This document shows, piece after piece, positions 1-9,126 of a DNA stretch of 39,293 nt. The notes below the pieces were generated by a model that was not told where the DNA came from, ran no database searches, and worked only from the letters and a program-made list of their open reading frames with translations. Both the position numbers and the translations under genes were made by a program. Position 1 is the first letter of the stretch; each line of letters starts with the position of its first letter. Source of the DNA: Candidatus Krumholzibacteriia bacterium (GTDB taxonomy: Bacteria > Krumholzibacteriota > Krumholzibacteriia > WVZY01); contig JBHHVD010000022.1 in assembly GCA_046754105.1 (NCBI GenBank), positions 1 to 39,293 of the forward strand, given 5' to 3'.

Positions 1-1432
1 CACGCCCGAGAGCGGGATCATCGAAGTCGAACATTCCCCGGTGGCACAAGAACGTTTGCGCGGCGCTCTCCTGCAGGGCGGTGAGCTCACTGATCGAGTA
101 CAGGTAGGGAGCGATTACCAGATCGTCGGCGCGAAGTTTCGTACGATAGGTCAGGTTGACGCTGTAGAGGCAGTTGTTCGCGTTCCACAAACGCGATAGT
201 GCCGGCATGTTGACCGCGAACAGGGCGGCGGCGAGGATCCACGGAATCACGCGGCCTGCGGATCCGCGCGGCGACGCGAACGCCAAACCCGTGCCGACGA
301 CGCTCATGCAGGGGATCATCCATATCCAGAATTCGCGGGACGTCGCCAGCCACCATGTGGAGAACAGTCCCTGGACGACCATCCAGCCCACGACCATCCA
401 CAAGCCCGGGTGGGGCGGCGGGCTCCTGCGAAGGCGCAGCAGGGCGCGCAGTGCGATCAGGACCCACGCGACGAGCAGCGCGCTGGTCACGGCGAGTGCG
501 ATCCGGACCAGCGAATCCGGCAGGCTCCGCATCGCGTACCGGTACTTCGATAGTAGCCTCGACCGAAAGTGTGCGCTGACCGACTCGTACGCCGGGTCGA
601 GGTGCAGCGCGTACTCCGGAATGACCATGGCCCGCGAGATACCCACGCCCGCGTATACCGGGGTGATCAGCTGGACGCGGTCGGTGGGAAACGCTTTGCC
701 CCCCGCCTCCATGCCGCGGATGAACGTCACAAAATCCCCGCGCGAGTCGGCTTGCAAATACGCCGAATAGTACGTGACCAGGCCGAGAACCCCCGTGACA
801 CCGACGAAAAACGCGCTCCGCGCCAGGCGGCTCTTCCACGGCCGAGCGCCGCCGCGCCACAGCAGCACAACGGCCGTGATGGGTATCACGACCATGGCGT
901 GCGACTGGTGATTCGTCGCCGCCGCGAGCACGGCAAGCGAGGCGAGCAAAAGCCGCGCGTATCCTGCGCGGTGCCCCTCGAAGGAACGGTCGGCGAAATA
1001 GACGCCGAGCAGCGTGAAGGCCGTCGCGGGGACGGGCATGTCGGTGATCATGGAATAGAGCCAGTAGCCGGACGTAAAACCGGCAAGGGCAATCGAAGCC
1101 AGGGCCATTCGCAGTGAGCCGAACCACCTCAGGCTCAAGATGCCGACGAGGCACAGCGTGAGAAAACTCGTCGCGGCGACATACGCCCGGAACAGGAGCA
1201 GCGTGCCGCCGACCTCGTCCGCACCAGTGAACCCGAGGAGCGCGTTCAGCCACGATAGCGCGACGAAAACGAGATGATGGACGATGATCACCGGGCCGCC
1301 GTGCACGTGGAGCACGAAGGGCAGGGCGTCGTCCACGATGGGGTAGCAACGGTTGCCGCCTGCGAAGTACAGCAGCGCCAGCGCCGCCGCCGGCGCCGCA
1401 ACATAGAGGAATTCTTTCCGCGCGCCCGTCAT
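1..1432 (-). CDS. Polytopic membrane protein, GT-C/PMT-like glycosyltransferase candidate (3' end runs off the window)
   Basis: Absent from the ORF track because it has no stop in the window. Hand translation from ATG at 1432 (MTGARKEFLYVAAPAAALALLYFAGGNRCYPIVDDALPFVLHVH...) stays open to position 2. It has many hydrophobic helices and an acidic DD pair after TM1, as in GT-C enzymes. Confidence 0.7.
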   Translation of the reverse strand, partial: MTGARKEFLYVAAPAAALALLYFAGGNRCYPIVDDALPFVLHVHGGPVIIVHHLVFVALSWLNALLGFTGADEVGGTLLLFRAYVAATSFLTLCLVGILSLRWFGSLRMALASIALAGFTSGYWLYSMITDMPVPATAFTLLGVYFADRSFEGHRAGYARLLLASLAVLAAATNHQSHAMVVIPITAVVLLWRGGARPWKSRLARSAFFVGVTGVLGLVTYYSAYLQADSRGDFVTFIRGMEAGGKAFPTDRVQLITPVYAGVGISRAMVIPEYALHLDPAYESVSAHFRSRLLSKYRYAMRSLPDSLVRIALAVTSALLVAWVLIALRALLRLRRSPPPHPGLWMVVGWMVVQGLFSTWWLATSREFWIWMIPCMSVVGTGLAFASPRGSAGRVIPWILAAALFAVNMPALSRLWNANNCLYSVNLTYRTKLRADDLVIAPYLYSISELTALQESAAQTFLCHRGMFDFDDPALGR

Positions 1433-1521
1433 GAATCGTTCATCGCCCTTTCGATCCCGTCTGGCGTGCATTCGAGCCAACGGCCCAAGAATTGATCGCG
1501 GGCGGCCGCCGGCCCGCGGGC

Positions 1522-2496
1522 CTACTGGTCACCGCCTTCGCGTAGCTCGTCGAAACGGATGTGCATTCGCCACAGGTAAAACAACCCGGTCAGCGTGATG
1601 GGGAAGAAATGCGTGGCGTGGTAGAGCAGCGAGTACGCCAGGGCTTCGCTCTTACCGATCCCGAATATGGCCAGGGAGACGATGCACGCGTACTGCGTCG
1701 TTCCCAGGTAGGCGGGTGCCGACGGGATCATGGTACCCATCGACACCAGGACTACGAGGGTGACGCTGGCCACGAACGGAGGGTGCATGTCGAGAGCCAG
1801 CAGACAGAAATAGAAACCAAGGATGGCGCACAGCCATACCAGCGCCGACGTCAGCGCGATGGGGAGCAGCGTTCGCGCCTGCGTTACCGTCGTGAGACCG
1901 CTGACAAAGGCTTGCGTCGCCCGATCCGCCCGGGCTTGCATGCGGTCCGGCAACGGCGAGGCCAGGCGGGTGACCCAGCGCAGGAACGTCTCTCGTTTGC
2001 GCTCCATAAAAACCATCATACCGAGAAGAGCCACGTTCACCACGAGTATCCAGGCACCGCTGGTTCGCAGCCACTCCGGCCCATCCACTTTGAGCAGCAT
2101 CACCCACAGCAGCACCAGCAGGGTGAACACGTCTACCACCCTTTCGTAGACGATGGTCGCGAAGGAAGCGGTACGGCTGACCCGCTCCCTCTTTCCGAGT
2201 ATGTATGCGCGAACGAGCTCGCCGAGCCGCGCGGGCAGCAGGTTATTGGCCATGAATCCCACTGCAGTCGCCGCGAAGAGGTTGTTCGTCGGGATGCGCT
2301 TGACGGGCAGCATCATGAACTTCCAACGGTACGAGCGGCAGTAGTGACCGAACATGGTAAAGAAGGCCGACGGGATCAGGTAGCGGAACTGCGTTCGCTT
2401 GACGACGTCCCACAGCGTAGACCATTGAATATCCCGCATGGCGAGGTATAGAAAGAGCGCGCTGACGAGAGACCCGAGCAGCAGCTTGCGTTTCAT
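1522..2496 (-). CDS. Lysylphosphatidylglycerol synthase TM-domain / UPF0104 flippase-like membrane protein
   Basis: Motifs R.YRW, GFMANNLLPARLGELVRAY, ATIVYERVVD and IPSAPAYLG. ATG at 2496 overlaps the upstream gene's TGA (ATGA coupling). Confidence 0.88.
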   Translation of the reverse strand: MKRKLLLGSLVSALFLYLAMRDIQWSTLWDVVKRTQFRYLIPSAFFTMFGHYCRSYRWKFMMLPVKRIPTNNLFAATAVGFMANNLLPARLGELVRAYILGKRERVSRTASFATIVYERVVDVFTLLVLLWVMLLKVDGPEWLRTSGAWILVVNVALLGMMVFMERKRETFLRWVTRLASPLPDRMQARADRATQAFVSGLTTVTQARTLLPIALTSALVWLCAILGFYFCLLALDMHPPFVASVTLVVLVSMGTMIPSAPAYLGTTQYACIVSLAIFGIGKSEALAYSLLYHATHFFPITLTGLFYLWRMHIRFDELREGGDQ

Positions 2497-4547
2497 GGCG
2501 CCGGCCTGGGGAGAGAGGCCGCGGCGCTCGTGCACGCCGCGCGGTCCACGCGCAGGATCACGGCGCCGCGGGCCCGGTACACCTGCCGGAACAGTGCCGG
2601 GTAGCGGGCCGTCTTGGTCAGGGTGCGCGTGCCGTCTTCGGCGTCGCGGACGACGACATAAACCTCGGCTCCCATTCCGCCCAGAGTGGCGAGCGTTACC
2701 GCGTCGAGCGCAGCGGTCGAGTAGAGATTGTCACGCACGTGCTTGCGGTGTGCCATCTCATCCTTCGGGTAGCCCCAGTTGTCCGCGTATATGATCCTGC
2801 CCCAGTAGTATCGCCTCGGGCCCGTCAATAATAGCAGCACGCGGTCGTTGTTCTCGAAAAAGATCGCGTCCCGCGGCGTGTTCTGCCGCACCCACGCGGA
2901 CAGTTCCTCGGCGGCGGGCGAGACGAAGTCACCGGTCGGTGTGTTGTGGTACGCGAGCCAGGCGAACGTGTTGACTGGCAGCAGCAGCAGCAACGCGGCC
3001 AGCACTACCCGTGTTCGATACCGTGGCGAGGCGTGCGGGCGCGCGAAACGGTCGGCGAAGACCCAACTGCCCATGACGGCAAAGGGGAAGTGCACGAAAA
3101 AAGGCAGCTTGTCATACGTGTTGATGCCGGGCAGGCGAATGACGTTGCAAATGACGAACACGGACAGGGAGACGAAGACGAACAGCCAGGCACCGGCGGT
3201 GCGCCGGGCGAGAAGCGGCCGCAATCGCCGGGCGGCCAGAACCATCACCAGCGCACAACTCACCAGGACGCCACCGGTCTTGGCCATCGAAAGCCCCACT
3301 GGAAACAGTTTTTCGCTCTCTTTGAGGTGCAGTACGGAATAGAGGTACGGAACGGCGAGCGCGGTTGCGAGCATCACTGCCGCCGAGAGCGCGGCGGTTC
3401 GTCTCTTCGAGAAATCACGCACGCCGCCGCGGGCGAGAACCAGCAGCAGGAGACCGCCAAGGAGGCCGCCAATCATGACGACACCGAATACGGTGTGAAA
3501 CCCTAGCGCACCCAGGGCGGCAAAAACGAGGAGCACCAGATAATAAAAACGCCCCGTGGACATATAGGCCAGCGAGGCGTACCAGAACCCGCCCATAAAG
3601 CACAGGGCGAGTGAGAGCGCGGTAGAAACGATAAACTTGTTCAGGAGAAACGGCTGGTTGTTATAGAAACGGAGAAATGTCCACACCGTTTCCTTGTCGA
3701 ACGGAACGACGGAGTAGGTGCGGACGACCTCGGCCCAGCCGCGGACGTCGCCGAGCAGCGCCTTGGCGAGCTTGAGGGGAAGAAAGGCCCACACGACGGC
3801 GTTCATCGCCAGCACGGCGAACAAGACGGCGAAGAGCCCGTGGGCGAACCGCTTGCGGAAGAGCGTGGAGAGCAGGTAGGCGGAGACCATGAACCCCAGC
3901 AGAGCATTCAGGTTGAGGAGCGGCATGACCACGAGCGGGGGGATACCGGCGCCCCGGCTCACCGCGAGCACGAGCACGTGGTAGATCCACATGTACTGCA
4001 GGTCCATGCCGACGAAATACGGATCCTCCGGCGGAACGCCGTAGGTGTCGATCTGGTGCACGACGCCCCCGTGAAACCACGCGTCCGACCAGTAGCGCCA
4101 CCACCCGTCGGTGAGTGGCAGGTAACCGGCCAGCGCGCAAAAAACGGCGAGAACGGCGGCCAGCGTCCACAACTGTGCGGGCGGGGGACGCGACAGCCAG
4201 TGCCCCCGACCGGCCAGGACGGCGGTGGCCGCCGCGGCGGCGGTCGAGAACAGGATCAGGACCCGGGCCGCGGTGGCCGGGGCAAACCCGGCGAGCATCA
4301 GCAGCGCGCACGCGGCAGCCACCAGCACCGGGCTCGTGACCACAGAGGCGAGAAGACATTCCGACAAGCGCCGCTCGCGCGCGAGCAGCAGGTGGAGCGC
4401 AAGCCCCGGGAAAAACGTCATGGCCAGGTAACCCGCCGCCTGGCCCGAGACGTGCTGCCACGGCGTCACCAGCGGCACCAGGGCGAACAGGGCGACCGCG
4501 AGCGCAAACGCTCTGAGGATTGTGACCGGGGTCCCGGAGTGGTTCAT
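2493..4547 (-). CDS. Large polytopic membrane protein, GT-C-like glycosyltransferase candidate
   Basis: 684 aa with more than 12 hydrophobic segments. Loop motif SDAWFH...PPEDPYFVG..LQY..YH, and a C-terminal soluble domain (WVRQNTPRDAIF...TGPRRYYWG) typical of GT-C-like proteins. Confidence 0.7.
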   Translation of the reverse strand: MNHSGTPVTILRAFALAVALFALVPLVTPWQHVSGQAAGYLAMTFFPGLALHLLLARERRLSECLLASVVTSPVLVAAACALLMLAGFAPATAARVLILFSTAAAAATAVLAGRGHWLSRPPPAQLWTLAAVLAVFCALAGYLPLTDGWWRYWSDAWFHGGVVHQIDTYGVPPEDPYFVGMDLQYMWIYHVLVLAVSRGAGIPPLVVMPLLNLNALLGFMVSAYLLSTLFRKRFAHGLFAVLFAVLAMNAVVWAFLPLKLAKALLGDVRGWAEVVRTYSVVPFDKETVWTFLRFYNNQPFLLNKFIVSTALSLALCFMGGFWYASLAYMSTGRFYYLVLLVFAALGALGFHTVFGVVMIGGLLGGLLLLVLARGGVRDFSKRRTAALSAAVMLATALAVPYLYSVLHLKESEKLFPVGLSMAKTGGVLVSCALVMVLAARRLRPLLARRTAGAWLFVFVSLSVFVICNVIRLPGINTYDKLPFFVHFPFAVMGSWVFADRFARPHASPRYRTRVVLAALLLLLPVNTFAWLAYHNTPTGDFVSPAAEELSAWVRQNTPRDAIFFENNDRVLLLLTGPRRYYWGRIIYADNWGYPKDEMAHRKHVRDNLYSTAALDAVTLATLGGMGAEVYVVVRDAEDGTRTLTKTARYPALFRQVYRARGAVILRVDRAACTSAAASLPRPAP

Positions 4548-4648
4548 GGACGTAATCCGCGGGTCGACTTTCGGTTACGGTTCGAGGCCTGGGGCGGCAG
4601 CGACGTACCGCCCCGGATGCAGCATTCGCGCCCGGGTGCGGCAGCGGT

Positions 4649-4676
4649 ATTATACCAATTCTAAATGAGATACAAA
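4649..4676 (-). promoter_or_regulatory. Putative sigma70 promoter (extended -10) for the membrane-protein cluster
   Basis: Minus strand TTTGTA-N16-TATAAT with TGn before a perfect TATAAT, in an AT-rich patch about 100 nt upstream of ATG 4547. Confidence 0.55.
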
Positions 4677-4822
4677 GGGGGCGCAATTCGAATCTTGGGC
4701 GAGGCCGCACCGGGTGGCCGGTCCCGGCGCCGGCCGTTGCTGCGCCGCGCCCCTTCCGCGGCGGCGGGGACGTACCCTGCCGGGCACTTCGCGGGGCACC
4801 GGCCGGTGGGATGGGAGTATCG

Positions 4823-4852
4823 TTGACTTGGTTCCTAATAGTACAGTAGGAT
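4823..4852 (+). promoter_or_regulatory. Putative sigma70 promoter for the phosphatase operon
   Basis: TTGACT-N18-TAGGAT in an AT-rich patch upstream of ATG 4926. Confidence 0.4.
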
Positions 4853-4925
4853 ATAGGCGAGTCTTCCCTGGCGTCGGTTGTTGTCTCCAGCCTGCCGCGT
4901 CCCCGGCGCGCACGAGCGAAATCAC

Positions 4926-6296
4926 ATGAATAAAAAGGGTTTCTTCGATCACATCACCCAGGCCTTTACGACCAAAGGCGACGGCAAGCCGGTGCCCGTC
5001 GCGCCCGCGGAGGCGGGGAGCAGCGAATCCCTGCAGCGGGAAAACCTGCGCTTGAAACGCGGGCTGGAGGAGCTGTCGATGCTCAACGAGCTCGCGCGGG
5101 AGATCAGCTCGTCTCGCAACGCGGACGCGATCATGGACCGGATCATCCACAGGTCGCTCAAGGCGGTCCACGCGGAACAGGCCGTCGTGACACTGGTGAC
5201 GGAGCAAAGCCATGAGCCCGGTAAGACGCTGGTGCGGGCGATGATTACGTCGGCCGAGCACGAGCAGTTTCACCTCAACCAGAACCTGCTCGGGTGGATG
5301 CACCTGAACAAGAAACCGCTGCTGGCGAACTCGCCGCGAACCGACGAGCGCTTCCGGGGCATTACGTGGGATGCGTCCATTCAGTCGATTCTATGCGTTC
5401 CCCTGATGGTCAAGTCGCAGCTCATCGGCGTGCTCACCGCCTACAACAAGAAGGACACCGGGGATTTTACGGAGGAGGACCAGCGCCTGCTCGCGATCAT
5501 CGCCATGCAGTCCGCACAGGTCGTCGAGAACGCCCGGCTCTACGAAGAGGAACAGGCTTACATGCGCATGCAGGAGGAGGTGCGGCTGGCGTCGGTCATC
5601 CAGCTGGAGCTGCTGCCGGGCGAGGCGCCGCGGCTGCCCGGCTACGACGTGGCCGGCAAGAGCATCCCCGCCCAGCAGGTGGGAGGCGACTACTTCGATT
5701 TCATTCCCATCGAGAACAAGGGAATGGCGGTGTGCCTCGGCGACGTGTCGGGCAAGGGGCTGCCGGCGTCGCTCCTCATGGCCAACCTGCAGGCGACGCT
5801 TCGCGGACAGACTCTGCTCAACGTCCCGGCCGCGGTGTGCATCCGCCGTTCGAACGAGCTGCTCTTTCGCAGCACCGACCCCGAGAAATTCGCCACGTTG
5901 TTCTACGGCGTTTTGGATACAAACGATCACCGGATGAGTTTCTCGAACGCAGGTCACGAGAACCCGTTCCTGTTTTCGCAAGACGGCGAGCTGGCCCGGC
6001 TCGCAACCGGTGGAACCGTCCTCGGCGTCGTGGATAATTTCCCGTTCGAAGAGGATACGGTCCCGTTGAATCCCGGCGATTTGCTGGTGATCTTCTCCGA
6101 CGGCATCACCGAGGCGTGGGACACCGCCGACACGCAGTTCGGAGAAGAGCGGCTGGCCGAAGTGATCCGGGATAACCGTGACCTCTCCGCCGGCGAGCTT
6201 ACGGATCGGATCATCGAGTCGGTCATGGGACACGCCGGTTCCGCCCCGCAGGCGGATGATCTCACCCTGGTCGTGATAAAGCGCGACGCCGCGTGA
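4926..6296 (+). CDS. GAF-domain PP2C-type serine phosphatase (RsbU/SpoIIE family)
   Basis: GAF region (SILCVPL...IGVL..YNK...FTEED), then SpoIIE motifs VGGDYFDF, GDVSGKG, NAGH, FSDGITEA and DDLTLVV. Confidence 0.93.
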   Translation: MNKKGFFDHITQAFTTKGDGKPVPVAPAEAGSSESLQRENLRLKRGLEELSMLNELAREISSSRNADAIMDRIIHRSLKAVHAEQAVVTLVTEQSHEPGKTLVRAMITSAEHEQFHLNQNLLGWMHLNKKPLLANSPRTDERFRGITWDASIQSILCVPLMVKSQLIGVLTAYNKKDTGDFTEEDQRLLAIIAMQSAQVVENARLYEEEQAYMRMQEEVRLASVIQLELLPGEAPRLPGYDVAGKSIPAQQVGGDYFDFIPIENKGMAVCLGDVSGKGLPASLLMANLQATLRGQTLLNVPAAVCIRRSNELLFRSTDPEKFATLFYGVLDTNDHRMSFSNAGHENPFLFSQDGELARLATGGTVLGVVDNFPFEEDTVPLNPGDLLVIFSDGITEAWDTADTQFGEERLAEVIRDNRDLSAGELTDRIIESVMGHAGSAPQADDLTLVVIKRDAA

Positions 6297-6358
6297 TGAC
6301 CGGCGGTCGTCTCGCACCGGCGCGATATCTCGCCGCGGCATACCCATCACCCAGTCTT

Positions 6359-7411
6359 ATGTCCGCAAACCGTCGTAGCGCCCGCTCATCGATAACGCGC
6401 GTGTTCCGGGCGGGCCTGCTGCTGTGGTGCATCGCCGTGCTGCCCGCGTGCGGTACCGACCCCACGGGGCCGGCAGACGCTACCCGGAGCGTGGTCCGGG
6501 GTATCACCCTCGTCGAGTGGACGGCCAATGGGTACGGCAGCGGTACGGCGTTCGCACAGGCGGTCGGCATCGGGGCGACGGGCGCGAACACGCTGGCCGT
6601 ACTCGTTACGGCCTACCAGACGCATGCCTCCGCCGAGACGATACGTGTCGACCCGCAACTGACACCGAGCGAAACGTCGGTTCGCGACCTCATCGGAACC
6701 GTGCAGGCGCAGGGCACGGTGGCGAACATCTCGATCAAGCTCCACGTTGATCTCGACGATGGCGCCTGGCGCGGCACCATCTCCCCGCCCGATGCCGGAC
6801 GCTGGTTCCAGTCGTACCGCGCCTTCGTACTTGCCTGGGCGACCCTCGCCGAGGCGCAACGTATCCAGACCCTCGTCGTCGGCACCGAGCTCGCCGGCAC
6901 GCTAGAGCGCGAGAGTGAGTGGCGATCGCTGATCGCGGACGTGCGCGGCGTATTCTCGGGCGAGCTGGTCTATGCCGCTTCGTGGGACGAGGCGTCCCGG
7001 GTGCCGTTCTGGGACGCGCTCGACGTAATGGGCGTTAACTTCTACGCACCGGTCACGGCGCGCACCGAAACGAGCCGCTTCGAGGTGCTTCGCGGGTGGC
7101 AGCCGTGGCTGGAGCGGATCCGCCTGCTCCACAAACTGGCGGCGCGGGATATCCTGCTCACCGAGATCGGGTACCGGAGCGTGGACGGCGCCGGCATGCA
7201 CCCGTACGACTTCGAGCGCACGACGGCCGTCGATCTTGCCGAACAGGCCGACCTCTATTGGGGCGCGCTGGCGGCGGTCGGCGACAAGCCGTGGGTACGC
7301 GGTGTCTACTGGTGGAACTGGCCGGCCAACCCGAGCGGCGCCGGGGAACGGGACTACACACCGCAGGGAAAGCCGGCGGAGAAGGAGCTGAGCGATGCAT
7401 GGCGGCCGTAG
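6359..7411 (+). CDS. Glycoside hydrolase family 113-like lipoprotein
   Basis: Lipobox-like LPAC. GH113-type motifs WRGTI.P, WFQSY, VGTEL, YAASWDE, FWDALD and TEIGYRS. Start could alternatively be 6293 (overlapping the upstream stop). Confidence 0.8.
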   Translation: MSANRRSARSSITRVFRAGLLLWCIAVLPACGTDPTGPADATRSVVRGITLVEWTANGYGSGTAFAQAVGIGATGANTLAVLVTAYQTHASAETIRVDPQLTPSETSVRDLIGTVQAQGTVANISIKLHVDLDDGAWRGTISPPDAGRWFQSYRAFVLAWATLAEAQRIQTLVVGTELAGTLERESEWRSLIADVRGVFSGELVYAASWDEASRVPFWDALDVMGVNFYAPVTARTETSRFEVLRGWQPWLERIRLLHKLAARDILLTEIGYRSVDGAGMHPYDFERTTAVDLAEQADLYWGALAAVGDKPWVRGVYWWNWPANPSGAGERDYTPQGKPAEKELSDAWRP

Positions 7412-7412
7412 C

Positions 7413-8006
7413 ATGTGGGTAGTCGACGCGCTTCGATGCACGGCGCGTTCGGGGCTGGCGTTGCTCCTCGCGGTTGCCGGGATTACGGGCGAAGCGTGCG
7501 CGCAGGCACCGGACATGGCGCAAGCCGCGCCGCCCGCCGTCCTTCACCCGGGCGCGGTCGAGCTGGGCATCGCGGGGACGCTCATCACGGTGGAGGGCAT
7601 TACGACCGGCGCCGTCGTCGTGCGCGGCGGTCTTTTCCGAACCGCCGCGGCGGGCCTGGGCGGCGTCGAGCTGGCCGCGTCCTACCGCCACGTCAGCTCG
7701 CTGGACGAAGCCGGTATCGAGGGAATGATCACGTGGCAGCGGCGGTTGGGGACGAGTGCGACGTATCCCTTCGTGGCGCTCGCGGGCGGATGGCGCCACG
7801 AAGAGATCGGCAGCTTCGGCCAGAGCCGCTACCCGGCTGGATTCGGGATCGGCGCCCGCTCGCTTCTCGGTCAGCGTTCCGCGCTGCGGGTGGAATACCA
7901 GTTTCGGCGGGTACTGGGCGACCCCATCGCGGACTTTTCAGAACACCAGATTATTGTGGGACTATCCGTCTTTTTCCGGAATTCACCGGCGAGCGCCGTC
8001 GAGTGA
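7413..8006 (+). CDS. Outer-membrane beta-barrel protein
   Basis: Signal peptide, alternating beta-strand pattern (YPFVALAGG, GFGIGAR, LRVEYQF) and terminal strand VGLSVFF. Start may be 7395. Confidence 0.7.
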   Translation: MWVVDALRCTARSGLALLLAVAGITGEACAQAPDMAQAAPPAVLHPGAVELGIAGTLITVEGITTGAVVVRGGLFRTAAAGLGGVELAASYRHVSSLDEAGIEGMITWQRRLGTSATYPFVALAGGWRHEEIGSFGQSRYPAGFGIGARSLLGQRSALRVEYQFRRVLGDPIADFSEHQIIVGLSVFFRNSPASAVE

Positions 8007-8032
8007 CAAAACCCCAACCAGGAGGCATGGAC

Positions 8033-9049
8033 ATGCCGCGCGCGACCCGAACCACCGGTCTTTTGTGTACAGCCATCACCGTGGCGGGGTTGTTGGTGTT
8101 GACGGCACTTACCCCGCAGCGCCGGGGTCGCCGGGCACCGAAAGCGGCGTTTACGCTCAGTGCGGACCACACGCACAACAAGTTCAGCCGCACGGTGGCG
8201 CCGGTGCTGCGCGTCCCGCCGGGTGCGGTGATCGAGGTCGAGACCAAAGAGGCGACCGACGGGCAGCTACGCCCCGGTTCGGGACTCGACGACCTGTCCC
8301 GGGTCAGCTTCGAGCCCATCCACCCTTTGACCGGGCCCGTCTACGTCGAAGGCGCCGAGCCCGGCGACGTGCTCGCCGTCACGCTGCACCGCATCACGGT
8401 GGGGGAATGGGGGTGGAGCGCGGTGGTGCCGGGATTCGGCCTGCTCGCCGGGGAGTTCGACGCGCCGTACCTCAAGACCTTTACGTTCGAGCGGGGCCGG
8501 AAGAAGGCGCGGTTCACCGGCGATATCGAGATCCCGCTACGGCCCTTCGCCGGTGTTATGGGTGTCGCTCCCGATACCGACGAGTTGCTGTCCACGATAC
8601 CGCCCCGGGCGAACGGTGGTAACATGGACGATCCGCACCTGACCGAGGGAACGACGGTGTATTTCCCCGTCTTCGTAGAGGGTGCGTTGTTCTCCATCGG
8701 GGACACGCACGCCGCCCAGGGGATGGGAGAGGTGTGCGGCACCGCCATCGAGGCGCCGATGCGCATCGTCTACCAGGTAGAGGTCATCAAAGACAAGCCG
8801 TGGATGCGGGAGCCTCACTACGAGACGCGCGACGCATACGCCGTGACCGCATTCGCGCCGACACTGGACGAAGCGGCCCGCAAGGCCACGCGGTATATGA
8901 TCGACTACCTGGTGCGTGAGCACGGCCTGGACCGGACCGAGGCCTACGTCCTGTGCTCACTGGCCGGCGACCTGAAGATCGCCGAGGTGGTGGACGTGCC
9001 CAACGTGCTCGTCAGCATGCATATGTCGAAGAAAGTCCTGAACATGTAA
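8033..9049 (+). CDS. Acetamidase/formamidase family protein with N-terminal hydrophobic segment
   Basis: HPLTGPVYVEGAEPGD, PPRANGGNMD, GDTHAAQGMGEVCGTAIE and AYVLCSL motifs. GGAGG RBS lies 7 nt before ATG 8033. Confidence 0.92.
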   Translation: MPRATRTTGLLCTAITVAGLLVLTALTPQRRGRRAPKAAFTLSADHTHNKFSRTVAPVLRVPPGAVIEVETKEATDGQLRPGSGLDDLSRVSFEPIHPLTGPVYVEGAEPGDVLAVTLHRITVGEWGWSAVVPGFGLLAGEFDAPYLKTFTFERGRKKARFTGDIEIPLRPFAGVMGVAPDTDELLSTIPPRANGGNMDDPHLTEGTTVYFPVFVEGALFSIGDTHAAQGMGEVCGTAIEAPMRIVYQVEVIKDKPWMREPHYETRDAYAVTAFAPTLDEAARKATRYMIDYLVREHGLDRTEAYVLCSLAGDLKIAEVVDVPNVLVSMHMSKKVLNM

Positions 9050-9126
9050 CCTGGAGAGTGCGACGGGAGTCGCCCGGGAACGCTTCACGAATGGTAGAGC
9101 ACAAGAGACGAGGGAGGTTGAGACCA

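Noticed and set aside
87..1349. 420-aa minus-strand ORF in the track
   Set aside because: Wrong frame (Arg/Pro-rich). The real membrane protein is in the frame starting at 1432.
7415..8032. Long N-terminal extension of the acetamidase ORF (apparent fusion)
   Set aside because: It overlaps the beta-barrel gene in another frame, and a good RBS defines the start at 8033.
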